Source of the DNA: Chrysomallon squamiferum
Taxonomy: Eukaryota > Animalia > Mollusca
NCBI GenBank assembly: GCA_012295275.1
Contig: CM022665.1
Span: 10,912,001-10,976,000 of the forward strand
Length of the DNA stretch: 64,000 nucleotides
Reading direction: 5' to 3'
Position 1 is the first letter of the stretch. Every line of letters begins with the position of its first letter. The notes under the pieces were generated by a model. It was not told the origin of the DNA, ran no database searches, and saw nothing but the letters and a program-made list of their open reading frames with translations. Of this stretch, positions 27,309 to 40,794 are shown piece after piece. A program made the position numbers and the translations under genes.

Positions 27309-27517
27309 ATAGGTGTTAGGTCGTTTATGCGACCTACAGCAGTATGTCTGTCTATTTATGGATAGAAAGATAAATAGTAAGTACATATAACATTACACAC
27401 AATTATATAATTCATTCATCCATCCATTTATTCATTCATTTACATATCAGTTATAGTTAATTTCACACTCTGTTTGTATAACACTGAACTGATTTACAAA
27501 ATCTGTTTGAATTTCAG

Positions 27518-27642
27518 CTGCCAATAGTTACACATTGCCTCACATGATTGGCAAAACAGTCCAGAGTCAGAAAAAGCAGGCACCGTGCTACAGTTTGTCT
27601 GGACGCCAAACATCAGGAGGCTTTGCGGAGGATCTTGCAAAG
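27518..27642 (+). CDS. ODF3: ODF3-B coding exon 2
   Basis: ANSYTLPHMIGK...APCYSLSGRQTSGGFAEDLAK; 125 nt. Confidence 0.93.
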
Positions 27643-28080
27643 GTAAATATTCTATTTTCTTTCTTTTATGCAATTTGATACAGGATGAAAGAAGTCTTAA
27701 ATCAAACATTTGTTGATGATTTTGGGGAGGGACTTGCACAGATTAAATTTTATTAAATTTTCTCTTAACTTTAGTATTATTTTATGGAGTTCAGAAGAAG
27801 CTGGGGGAAAAAGTCTTGATTTGGAGAAAATAATGATATGAAAAAGACAATCTAGTATTGCTGTTGTTTCTGATAAAAGCTAGTGATTTTTGATACTGCA
27901 TATCATTTGAATACTGTTTAATACAAAAACAAACACACACATGCACACATATATAATATACACAGTGTGTAAAATGATGTTTTCATTTTGTGAACTGCTA
28001 CAACTTTTAATTAACATACGTAACATTAAGATATGTTACATGGCACATTATATCACTACATGTATTTGATTTTCTAATAG

Positions 28081-28221
28081 GCACCAGGCCCTGGCACATA
28101 CTCTACAACGGATCCAGCCACTTACAAAACTAAAGCACCTCTGTACAGTATGACAAGTCGTAATGTGATGCCAGGAGACACAACACAGAAACCTGGACCA
28201 GGAGCTCACTGCCCAGAAAAG
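28081..28221 (+). CDS. ODF3: ODF3-B coding exon 3
   Basis: APGPGTYSTTDP...DTTQKPGPGAHCPEK; 141 nt. Confidence 0.93.
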
Positions 28222-28239
28222 GTAATAATCAGTTTTCAT

Positions 28240-28680
28240 AATATATACCAGGGTTAAAATATACAGTTTTGATAAAATGCAAAGATTTATTAAAATATTA
28301 CAGTTTTGTAAGTAAGCCGATATGGTACAGAAATTATTAAAATGTTACAGTTATATTTGAGATTAAGCCAATAGGTTCTAACAGAGTAAAATAAAAAACA
28401 TTTATTAAAATATTATTGTTAATTATCCGAGGTTAAGATAAGGGGTTCTGATAAATAAAACATTTATTGAAATGTTCTGTATCCAGGATTAAGCCAAGGG
28501 TTTCTCTCATAATGCAGAAACATACCAATATAATTTTTTTAATTAAAATATTACAGTTATATAACAAATGTTACATCAATGGGTTCTGATCAAATAACAT
28601 TTTTGTATAAAGATATTACAGTTATATGTCAAGGTTTGAAATAAGGGGCTCTGATGAAATACAAAAGTTTATTATCCCAG
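28240..28680. repeat. Degenerate ~55-65-bp minisatellite in ODF3-B intron 3
   Basis: Recurrent ttattaaaatattacagttat and gggttctgataaa units. Confidence 0.65.
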
Positions 28681-28972
28681 TAATATAATTATATCTCTTG
28701 TTTGGTTTAACCAAAATATGTTTTATAGCCAGGCATGGATCCAGTGGTTTTAAAATAATTATCTTATTATTATTATTTTCATTAACATTATTTTTAATAA
28801 TAGTCTTATTAATAACAATATTTACATTATTATTAATAGTAATAGTACTTACATTATCATCATCATTATTATTATTTTAGTCTTCAGTTATACTGAAAAA
28901 AGGTATTTATTCCAAAACTGCTTAAACTTACAATATAATGAAAATTAATGATTAAATATTTAATTTTTTCAG

Positions 28973-29065
28973 GTGTGGCTCCACAAAACCAAGATGCCCG
29001 ATTATTCATTTGGTATTCGTCACAGTCAGTATCTGTGTCCTCTCATTGTTGATGTGCAAGAATAA
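28973..29065 (+). CDS. ODF3: ODF3-B terminal coding exon
   Basis: VWLHKTKMPDYSFGIRHSQYLCPLIVDVQE*; 93 nt. Confidence 0.92.
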   Translation: MWLHKTKMPDYSFGIRHSQYLCPLIVDVQE

Positions 29066-31356
29066 AAAATTTAAAAATTCAGATTCAGACAGCGAACATG
29101 AAAATATTTTAAAATATTCTTTAACTGAAGCACACATCTGAGATAGTTTCATGGTCATTCATAAATAACCCAACCGAGTGTAAATTTTCTCAAGAATGAT
29201 AATTTATTTTCATTTTATGTTTCAGTCTGTTATGTTTTTTTAAAAGAGTGGTTCATTTTTTACAAAACTTTCATCAAAACTTTGCACAAAAACCTGAGCC
29301 TTATATATATATATATATATTTGTATTTTTGATTTATTTATTTATAATCTATTTATTTTATTATTATTTTTATTATTATTATTAATGTTATTATTGAAAA
29401 ACACTTTGCAGTTTTTTCTTATGATTATGTTAATCAAATTAAAATATATAAAACCTTTTCCATGCTATATAAAAATAAAATATACTTTTATTTAATATTG
29501 AAAAGTTTATCTCCCTCTTTTGAATATATTCTGATTTTACAAGAATATTAAATCGAAATATTTTATATAATGTTTTAATTATAAATATATATTTTTGACT
29601 AATAAAATATTGTCCTTTTCTCTCTACCTCTTTTATTTTTATTTTTTATTTTTTTTTTAAATACATTTTTATTTTTTATTTTATTTTATTTTTTTTAAAA
29701 CATACTCTATACATATATATTTAACAATTTCATGTGTATTTATTTATGCCTGGTGTTATGTCCTTTTCATATATTTATCTAATGTACATACATGTTTTTG
29801 AGAATAAAAGGATTGTGGTCACTGATAGCTTTTTTCTTCTTTACTGGTGTTAATATTTTATAATTCTCTTTTGCCTATTTTTGTAGAATGCATTTTATTG
29901 ATATTGCTTCCCATTTTTTCAACCAAAAAGAAGAAGAAAAAATAAATAAATAAATAATAAAAATAATAAAAATAAAAATTAATTAATTAATTTATTAATT
30001 AAATAATAATAATAATAATAATCATAATCATAATAATGATGATGATGACAGATTTGAGAAAAAATGGAGAAAGAAGAAAGACAAAAATGCAATTTAAACC
30101 CCCCAACCCCATTAATGTGTGCATTTGTGTTTGTGTTATATATATTCTCTTTTTTTTGTATGCTTGTGTGTTTTTCTTGTTTATGTTCATGTATCTAATA
30201 AAAATACAAAATACATATTTTTAAAATGAAACTAAATAACATTTTACAATCACTCTGATAGAATACTGATACATATTTGTTGACATGATGTCCAGGTTAT
30301 TAATGAATAACAGAAGACAGAGTCAAATATTTGGTAAACATTTTTTTTTCTTTACATTAATAATAGACAACATGTACACTAATATGGCACAAATGCATAA
30401 GAGGCACTATAAACATCAACTATAAATTTACCAGAAACAAATACAAGTTTGTAAAACTGTGTGGCAAAACAGCAAAAAAGGCAACGCAAGTGACTGTTAA
30501 ACAAAAAGCTATATATTCCTTATAATTTATGTGATAATATATTCCTATAATAATAATTAAAATTAATATTATATATATGCAATATAAATGTTAGTAAATG
30601 TACATTTTAAAGCAAGCTTTACATTTGTATATATAAAAAGTTAACATGGAAAGCATATTGATAAAAATAAAAACATTAGTGTGTACAAAATTTCACTCTA
30701 AATTTAAAATTATTATTTAAAATTTTAGAACCCGTTGTTAATTGAAATTAATTCACAATATTAAAAAGAATGAATTAGAATTATTTGTATATAAACAAAG
30801 AAAATAAATAAATATATTTTTGAAAATGTAATTGGTTTATCTCCCTTAAAGAAACTCTCACAAGTATAATAAAAAGAATGAATTAAAAATAATTATTTTC
30901 AAATAAATAAAAAACAATATTAAAAAGCTAATTTGTTATCTCCCTTAAAGAAAGCTCTTTAACAGTATTTAAAAAGTTATTTAAAATTTTGGAACACATT
31001 GTTAACTGAAATTAATTCAGTATATTAAAGATAGTAATTTTAACATTAAAATAATAATAAAAATGAAATAAAATAAAATTCAATTGTTATCTTCTTTAAA
31101 GACAGTGAGTGAACATTTTCACAGAAAGATAGCAGTATCAGGCAGTGTTGTAAAAAAACAATTTTTTTTTATCATATATTGTATTCTGTTTATTTAAAAC
31201 GTATTTTATATATGATAGATTATAAAATAATGGGAAAAAAGGAAAATAATAAATTTTTACTAAGTGTTTGTCCACTCTTACAATGAAAACAATTAAAAAA
31301 TAAAAGGCATGTGCATGTGAATGTTTGGGTGCAGTACTGGTATGTGTATATATACA

Positions 31357-31406
<50 letters not shown>

Positions 31407-32007
31407 CACACATATACTTAAATGTGTTTACTGATGTATTATATGTGCTTAAAAGCATGCATGCATGCGTGTAATTGTTTATGTTTATACAGAAGTGTTT
31501 GTATGTATGCGAGTGTGTATTTGTGTATGATATTGTTTATCAATACATGAGCTCATATTTGTTTGTATGACTGTATTTAAATATTACATCAGAATACAAA
31601 TATTTTACTTTGAACACCATCACAAAGTCTTAATTACCAGAATTTTTCCAATCTATAATATTTATTTCAAGAACTGATTACAATTATTTTATTTTATTTT
31701 ATTTTATTTTTATTATTACCTTTTTTTTTCTTTTTTTTTGGGGGGGATTCAAACAAATAATAATAATAATAATAACAATAATAATAATAATAATATAATC
31801 CACATATAAACACAGATAGTCTTCCTTAGCATGAAAAGAAAAATAATAGAGGTAATTATAAATTATTTTTACACTAAAAATTAAATATACAGCTTCTACT
31901 TAAATAAATTAACAAACTGAAGTAAGTATCAGAGGTAGTATACTGAGGTATTTAGAATAAATATTTTAAATATAACTGTATGATCCCCTCACAAAATGTT
32001 TTATTTT

Positions 32008-32039
<32 letters not shown>

Positions 32040-33666
32040 TTTTGTTGGTGAAAGAGAGAAGAGAAATTCTTTTGTAGTCTGAAAAAAGACTATTTATTAA
32101 AATAGATTATTTTAATATTTTACATATGCAGAATCCCAAAATGCATTTCTTTTTAAATTTTATTTTATTTGTTATTTTTTTTAATTATTAATTTACATTT
32201 ATGTAGGGGATCATTAAAAAATAAATAAATGATAAATACTAAGAATTAAATTAAAAAACCCAAACAACAACATAATAAGAAGAGGTACCAATACATTTCA
32301 CAGTAATTGTTTCTGAGCCTTTATAATATTATTTTATAATCAAAACCAAGCAAATATATTAATCCAGTGAACTTAACTCACAGAGCTTTTCTAAATATAT
32401 AAAATTAAAATACAGAATCTTAATTCAAAAACATAAAATGATTTGGTCAGTAAAACATTAGAGTAACAGCATTTATTTCTTATATAAAAAAATTAAATAA
32501 AATAAAAATTGTGCTTTGATTTTTTTTCTTTTTAATTTTGGGTTAACAATGGTACACAATAAAATGAAAAAAAAAAAAAAAAATCCTGGATTCAGGACTC
32601 GGGCACATTTATTTAATTATCTATCTATCTATCTATCTAAATATATATATTAATTTAAAATATTTAATTTTTAATTAAAAACAAAATCTTTTTACTCTTC
32701 TCTAAAATCAAAATTTTATCTGCTTCATAAAATTTAAATATGCAGAGCAACACATACCATGGCTTTTTGTGATACATTTGCTATCAGAATGACCATAAGA
32801 TATTTATTACTCTTTATGGATTAAGTTCTATTTATATCAATCATTTTAAACCAGTTATATTTTGCCATGAGCAGTGAAAGGGCAAGTTCCTTCATAAGCA
32901 TTGAAAGAGACATTTGCACTTCATAATTATAAATATGAAAACTTATATAATCCCTTAATAATATTATTAACATTATGTAACAAGTTGGCAGTACATAATG
33001 GATTTATGAAATATGGGATTAATAATTAAATTAAGATTAAGATATTCTTGATAAACAGGACATATTGAAGATAGGTTTGGTAGAAGTCATGCAGAAGGGA
33101 TCATCAACATTTTGGTTGTTAATGTTACAGAAAAAAATTAACCTTAATTTGTAAGTGGATTATAGAAATGGCAAAAACAAGATATAATTTCTTGCTGTTT
33201 AGTATACTGAAATATGCTGAAATAAATAAAGTATTGGATTAATATTTATTTTTAAATATTTATTACTATAATTATTTATTTATTTGTTTATTTTATTATT
33301 ATTATTATTACTATTATTATTATTATATTATTATTATTTTTTTTTTTGGAGTGCATTCAATTACATTGATAAACATTGAAAACATGATATTAACATGCTT
33401 TTTAGAACATTGTATTATACCAAATTAACTAAAAGGAACTAATCCTTTTAGTGTAAGTCTTTTATAAAAAGCTTACACCCTTCTCTCAAATAAACAAAAA
33501 CAAAATGAATGTCACTTAATTATATAACCACATGGTCATAATATTTTAAAAAAAAGAAGTAATAAATTAACAGTTAACTGTTACATATTTCATATATATA
33601 TAATCATAAATACATACATACATATATTATATATATATATATATACACACACACACATATATATAT

Positions 33667-33705
<39 letters not shown>

Positions 33706-34926
33706 CATACATACATATACATATACATACATACATATACATACATACATATATATGTATATATATATATAGTTCTTATGAGTTATATTAAACACAAATT
33801 CAAAACTCACTAGGAATTGAAAATACAATTTAAAAATTACAAATTCAAGAATATACATAGTAACTTATTTTTTTTTTTGCATGCAGAAATTGCTAGCCAA
33901 GAAAATAACATATTTTACAATAAACACAATGGCTGAAAAGTAGCCATCTACTGATCAAGTGTAACATGATTTTTTTTTACCATAGAACTTTATATATGTT
34001 ATATAATACATATATTAATATTACTGCTAGTGTTTAACAGATTATGTATGCTGTTACCATTTAATGAGAGCTTATTTACTTTGTTACTGTTGTGTACAAT
34101 ATACTATTTATATTATATTTCAAATGATAATAATGTATGTAATACAGCACACAATTTACACTGTATTTTAAATAATAATAATACAGTATGTGACAATTTA
34201 TATCATTAATGTATTTTATTAAATATTACTTAAATTATTACTGTACCATGCAATACATTATTTGTAATGTAAGTCATAGTTTTTACTCTATTTAATGATA
34301 TACTGATTATATTTTTACTGTAATATGCAACACTTTATTTATACTGTCATTCTAATATCTGATGTAGCACATAATTTATACTTTTGTTGTATTTAATGAA
34401 ATATAAATTACATTGTTACTGCAATATGCAGTACATATTTGTGTTATTAGATGCATGATAAAATACAGATTAATATTACAGGACATATCTGAAATGTTAT
34501 ATAAAACATTTTTTTTTTTTTTTTTTTTTTTTTCTCCACATTGAACACACATACATACCTATCATGATAATCTACTGGTTCTGTGAAATACACTGCTCCA
34601 CAACAATTAACATTCACTGACACAACAACACTGGTGATATTTAACACAAATGGCTGGTGCACATATTAACAAAATATGAAGAAAAGTGGAACAAATGGAA
34701 CAGTTTAATTATTGTTTTATGAGAAATAAATTTAAAAAAAAAATAATAAAAAAGATTGTTATGTTTAAATGATGTAATATTAATCTTGATTAAATGTCAC
34801 CCATAAACAAATGATAAGTAATGACTGAACTGAAAAATGTGAGGTTCGTGATGTATTATTTATTATATGTGCATAAATACTTACATGTGTGTTTTGTGTG
34901 TATGTATGTATGTATGTACTTGTGAG

Positions 34927-34974
<48 letters not shown>

Positions 34975-36269
34975 CATTTCAAAATAAATATAATTACTAT
35001 TATTTTACAATAATGAATAAATTAAGATTTATATATGATTAAAATATTACTGATATATCAAAAGCTGCAGGCACAAGCATAATTATACTTATTTTTAACA
35101 GTACATATTATTATAGCTTGAATAATTATCTTAATTCAGATATAGTTAGAATGGATTTAATACAACAAATTACATTTATTACAGTGAAGATAGAACCAAA
35201 ACAACAAGAAATGAAAAATAACAAAGGGCAATAATTTTAAGTAATAATTAAATAACAAACTGTGGATAACTGATAAGACAACGATAAATTAATTTTTGGA
35301 TTAAAAAAAAATTAATAATAATAATAATGTCGAGAAATTGTTTTTAAATATGGTGACTCAGTCTGATATGACTTTGATTATTTATAGTCATTAACTGAAC
35401 AATATTTTTTGTTCTCTACAATTACATTTTTTCCCCCCGCTGTTTAAATGTTCTTTCCGATAATGCCATTTCATTTCCTTTCTAATCTGTTTGTAATAAA
35501 TATAAATTCAAACAATTTGCCTTTTTAAAAATATCTTTTATTCTCCAGTAATCTAAATATATATTTTTAAATGATACATTTAATATAATGAAGCAGTAAA
35601 TAATAAAGTATAATTATTTAACTGCTTATGTTATTAAAATATAATAAAATAAAATAATTAATTAACTAATTAAACAACAATAATAATAATAATAATAATA
35701 ACTGTGACAACAAAAAAAAAGAAAAAAGAAATAATTTTTAAAATTTCTTGTAAAGACAGTGAATATATAAAAACATAACTTACATAAAGATATATGTATG
35801 TATGAACCAGAATATGGTTACAAGTGACTATTAATTCTAACCCCTCTATAGATATAATTGTATCTACTACAAGATACTAAATAACTGTGAGTGAGACCAA
35901 AGATCTAATAAATGAGATCAGTGTAGTACATGAATATAGTGCAGAGATGTTAAAAAGCAGAACAAATAACAAGAAAAATACAAAAAAAAATAGGAAAGGA
36001 AGAAGAAGAATTAGAAGACAAACATCAACAATACAAATATAAAAGGCAGAACAGAATGAAAACTGATATTATTTTCTTCAGCAATATTTTGAATAAAACA
36101 AGAAAAGAATATAAAAATTAAGAAATAAAATAATAAGTAAAAAAAGAAAAGAAAATGGATTTTAAGGCCAATAATAGTGTTTTACTAGACTCTAGCTGCC
36201 ATTAAACTAAATCCATAGCAATAATGTTATGTGATAAATATATTTTATACTGCAATATATATCTCTACA

Positions 36270-36620
36270 TATGTATGTGATATTGTCAGATATTACAATA
36301 CCTATGGTACTGTCTTTATAGATGTCTGTGAAATTGTATAGATTATCAGTGTCTATGATACTGTCTGTGTAGATGTCTATCAAACATGTCTGGATGGATA
36401 TTACAATGTCTATGATACTGTCTGTACTGATGTCTGTGAAACTTGTCTGTATAGACAGTACAATGTTTATGATACTGTCTTTATGGATGTCTATGAAATT
36501 GCATGAATAGATATTACAATGTCAGTTAAATTGTCTGAATAGATATTACAATGTCTATGATACTGTCTTTCTAAATGTCTATCAAATTGTCTGTATAGTT
36601 ATTACAGTGTCTATGATATT
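36270..36620. repeat. Minisatellite, ~30/60-bp periodicity
   Basis: Repeated gatattacaatgtctatgatactgtct / gatgtctgtgaaattgt units. Confidence 0.8.
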
Positions 36621-36759
36621 TTCTAAAGAGACAGTAATATTTATGTTTCTACAGTCGACAGTGATAATTATGTTAGTGAAATTGGATCTCCAGATGTATG
36701 TGATATTCCTCACATTTATTTGTAACACTATTTATAATGATAATGTTTTTCTATAGGTG

Positions 36760-37187
36760 TAAGCTACTGTATCTCCACTTATGTGTAAACTCTCTCTTTG
36801 CAAAAGTATGATGTCTGTATGTTACAGAAAATATGCATTTTTTCCTGAAAATTTCAGAAAATAAGTATTATGTGAGATTCATTAAGGAACCTGGAAATGC
36901 AATGGCTGCAAGAGATTATTCTCTGACTGCAGTTGATGGAGAATTTCATGATTGAGGCTGGATGTTGACAGGCCAGTACAAGTACCAGAATACAACAGTA
37001 CCATAAATGGGGAACACTTAATTACACTATGAAGACTGCAGTTCTTCTGAAACTGAACAAATATGAGTCCAGAAGTCCATTCAGTTGTATTGTTATTTTC
37101 TAACCACCAAACAAGTATGTCTTTAATGTCACAGTTTGCTATTGCTATGGACCTTTGGTTCTGTGGATGCCTAAGTTCCCCATACAC
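36760..37187 (-). mobile_element. Relic of a Ginger2/KRBA2-SCAND3-like integrase-type transposase
   Basis: GELRHPQNQRSIAIANCDIKDIL..W..NNTTEWTSGLIFVQFQKN..HSVIKCSPF..L...GLSTSSL resembles the family motif PRHPQSQGSVERAN...W..GL.FVQ..KN..HSGIK.SPY. The catalytic Glu position has degenerated. No termini found. Confidence 0.75.
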
Positions 37188-38009
37188 GTATTTTCAGAAA
37201 TGTTCAGGAATTATACATATTTCCTGTAACATACATGATATTGTATTAGTATGTCTGCATAAGTACATGATACTTTTCTGTATTTGTTTAATATTCTTTA
37301 ATATGTTAATGACATGATCTCTCTATGTGTATATGATACCATCTCTATTTGTGTATATGATATTTTCTACACGTCAATGATTTGTTCAATACATATGTAG
37401 GCCTATATGATATACTATATGTCAATGATAATTATTATCTGTCTATGTATGTATGATCGCATTTCTACTTATCATATTCTCTATATATATATACCGGGTA
37501 TATCAATGATAAATATTATCTCTCCATGATATTGTCTCTCTCTATAGAAGTATTTTAAAAAATGTTGTCATCATGCATTAAATATTTTGCTATTAATATA
37601 ATTTAACTTGCTACAAAATTATGATAATGTTTTCATAATTCAATACAGTTCTGCTCAAGTATCTTCATTCTTTTAGGTTTTTTAAAAAAAATAAATGTGT
37701 TTTTTTAGATTTTATTTATATAATTAATATATTTTAATTGTATTTGCTTAATAATTATACAAATTATATTGTTATTTACTGAAAAAAATTAAATAATATG
37801 CATGCATTTAAAAAGTATGCTTAATGGAGTTCATTAATACTGCAAATGATTCAAGTGTTAATAAAATTATAAATGATTTTATTATGCAAATCTGGATTAT
37901 GAAATGTTTTAACAAAAATCCTTACGTAAGTATTGATTTAAAAAACAATAAATTTTGTCTTATATTCTGTTATAAAGATAACTACACAAGATAACACCAT
38001 ATGTTATAC

Positions 38010-38397
38010 TTTCATCTTGTTGACTCTTTCACTGTCTAACATTAGACTGACAGTTTTATATAGTCAATTACTGACTGTATTTGATAGTTTTAAATAGTTC
38101 ATATGTTGAGTGGTCTAATATTGGATGTAACTGTTTTATGCAATTGAGCTACTGACTGGTCTAATAATAGATACGATATATTTTGTACTGTTCAATTGTT
38201 AATTAGTTTATCTCTAGATGTGACAGTGCTATATATTATAATTATTGATTTGACTAACATCAGCAACATATTTTATATAGTTTACATATTAACTGGTCTA
38301 ACTCTAAATGTGACAGTGTTGTACATTATAGTTCATGTGCTGAGTGGTCTAACACTAAATGTAATAATGTTATACAGTTCTTGTATTGACTGGTCTA
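38010..38397. repeat. Degenerate ~45-50-bp minisatellite starting at the NELL stop codon
   Basis: The unit core tga(c/g)tggtctaa recurs at ~38107, 38153, 38290, 38341 and 38388; the last copy contains the stop. Confidence 0.7.
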
Positions 38398-38487
38398 TCC
38401 CAGTGTAATCTGGTTGACTGGATCTACTGGTGGGAGGCCTTTCTCTGCAGAACAAGTCTGGTTGAAGGAGCAACAGATATGACCAGC
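38395..38487 (-). CDS. NELL: NELL1/2-like protein, terminal coding exon
   Basis: Acceptor TTTCAG| then AGHICCSFNQTCSAEKGLPPVDPVNQITLG*; matches the NELL C-terminal GHICCS motif. Confidence 0.9.
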   Translation of the reverse strand, partial: AGHICCSFNQTCSAEKGLPPVDPVNQITLG

Positions 38488-38619
38488 CTGAAACAGAAAA
38501 TACAGTTACATGTGAGAAGCATTATGCATTATACTTAATAATAATAAAACTATGGTGTCCATTGTAAAACAAAAAAAAAAAAAAAAAGAAGCTAAGTTTA
38601 TTTAAAAGAACTAAAGACA

Positions 38620-38830
38620 AAGTCTGGTTAGAGGAGCAATATGTAAAATCTGGATAAAGGAGCAAAATATAAAGTCTGGATACAAAATGTAAAATATGGT
38701 TAAAGGAGCAAACGTAAAGTCTGATTACAGGAGCAAAATGTAAATTCTATCAAAGGGTTAAATATAATATGTGGCATATGAACAATAATAATCCATTTAA
38801 AGGTGTAATATAAAATCTGGTGAAAAGAAC
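38620..38830. repeat. ~26-28-bp minisatellite in the last NELL intron
   Basis: aaagtctggttaaaggagcaaaatgt-like units, about 6-7 copies. Confidence 0.75.
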
Positions 38831-39886
38831 AACTAATATGAACTTCCTGCAATGTAAATTAACATATCGTATGACTGAATGAACATAACAAAAGAAAACA
38901 TCAGATATGAACTTACTCAAATGTGAATGATGCTAGAGCCTAAATTGCAATGTAAATTCCAGTTAAAGGAGAACCAGATATTACAAAATGCAACCACATT
39001 ATAAACTTTGTAATAAAAAAGGTAAATGATACCACCATAACAATTATCCTATAGCAAACAAAAAAAAAAAAGAATAAAACAATGATGATAATAAATAAAT
39101 CTGAGGTGTCTTCGACATACATTATCTTTTATCAGTCTTCTTTACTACAGACATTTAAAAGCAGGAATTTAGATATAAAGGAAACTAGATTGGTTTCATT
39201 AATTTTTCATGCTAAGGAAGTCAAGATGTATTTTATTTCCGTAAGTTTTGTATGATTTTTAAGTTCTGTAAATATTTGATAAATAAGTTTCAGATGACAT
39301 GGGTCAGTGAAGCTGTTTAATATATAACAAATGTTATTGAAATGGTCTTCTGCTGTACAGTTGGTTTATTAATTAATAATACTGATATTTAGAAGAAAAT
39401 GAAAAGTAACAAGATCACTATTTAAAGTTTAATAATGATTTTTAAAAAACTAAATCTCACACCCATACCCATGCCCCCCCCCAAGCACATACATGTGCGT
39501 GCACACACACACACACACACACAAACAGACATACACATGCATTCACACACAGATGCAAATGCATGCATACACATACACATGCATGCACACACACACACAC
39601 ACACACACACGATGTACTGCACTATTTATTAAACTGAAGATACACATAGTTCTGGACCTGCACTGTAACAACAAAATTAAGCATCTCTCAAACTTAACAT
39701 ATACCTCATATAAAAATATAATGAAAAAGTCAGTTATTTTAACAATTTAACAAATAATATGCATGTAATATGTTACAAACAAATACACAAACCAAAGGCC
39801 ATTCATTATGTGATCATAGAAACTCTGGTAATTCAAATTCAGCAAAGAGAGAGAATATATTTTACAAAGTAAACTCCAAATCTTAC

Positions 39887-40123
39887 CTTGCATTCACATG
39901 TAGTGCAGGGGTCACTGGATAGAACCCATGTGTCTCCATGTACATATGTGTGTCCTATGTATACACAGGTGTCAGAGGAGTGGTCAAGACCTCCCACATC
40001 AATGTTGGGGCTCAGACAGGGGTTGTCATCAATACAGCGTGGACAGCAGTCACCTTTCTCCTGAACCAGGTTCTGACAAATTATGTTGGGGCATTCGATA
40101 GGCCAGCAGTCGATTTCTCCGTT
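39887..40123 (-). CDS. NELL: NELL exon (VWC domains)
   Basis: NGEIDCWPIECPNIIC...DCCPRCIDDNPC...DPCTTCECK|GTAAGA; 237 nt, phase 0-0. Confidence 0.95.
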
Positions 40124-40294
40124 CTGAAATGTTCATTAAAAAAATAAATTCAAGGCAAACACCCAGTGGGTTTTAGTATCAATAACTCCTAAGAGTGATA
40201 GAGAAACTGAAGCTCCACATTCCCTTTTATATGTATCAAGCATTGAGTTATCACATACAGTAAACGTTCATTATTGTTAACCAAGTTTCAGAAT

Positions 40295-40586
40295 TATGAC
40301 TTATTTGTCAGTGTCAGAGTTACAACTTGCCAATCAATGTGAGAATTATCAGTTATCAGTCAGTGTCAGAACTGTCAAATACCAATCAATGCCACTATTA
40401 TCAGTTACCAATCAACATCAGAATGTTATCAATTATCAGTCAATGTCAGAATTATCAGTTGTAAGTCAATGTCAGACTTATCAGTTACCAGTCAATTTCA
40501 GAATATTATCAATTATCAATACCGAATTAGTTATAAGTCATTGTCAGAATTACAGCTACCAGTCAGTGTCAGTTATCACTTACCAG
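40295..40586. repeat. 26-bp minisatellite (~11 copies) running into a NELL splice donor
   Basis: Consensus tcagtgtcagaattatcagttaccag; the last unit contains the true donor. Confidence 0.85.
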
Positions 40587-40754
40587 ACATTCACATGTCT
40601 GACACTGAAATATCCACTGTTCTCCATTCTTCATTAACAACTCCAGCTCCTGATGTTGACACTGTGCAGACAGATTACAGTGAGGACAGCAGTTGTAGTC
40701 AACATCAGCTCTAGAGCAGTCACAGGAAGTCTTGTGGCATGTAGCAACACCAGA
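40584..40754 (-). CDS. NELL: NELL exon (VWC)
   Basis: SGVATCHKTSCDC...NCCPHC...QCQHQ...NGEQWIFQCQTCECL|GTAAGT; 171 nt. Confidence 0.95.
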
Positions 40755-40794
40755 CTGTAAAACAACATTTCACCATATTAGCAACTGTATTTAT

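Noticed and set aside
33000-34700. Minus-strand donor (34557) and acceptor (~33217) suggesting extra exons
   Set aside because: No recognisable protein and only short frames. They could be UTR splicing, but this is unsupported without RNA data.
36270-36620. Regularly spaced repeats as a CRISPR-like array
   Set aside because: The units are degenerate and contiguous with no unique spacers, there are no cas genes, and the context is eukaryotic.
40296-40714. Plus-strand ORFs of 113 and 81 aa
   Set aside because: They are translations of the 26-bp minisatellite and the antisense of a NELL exon.
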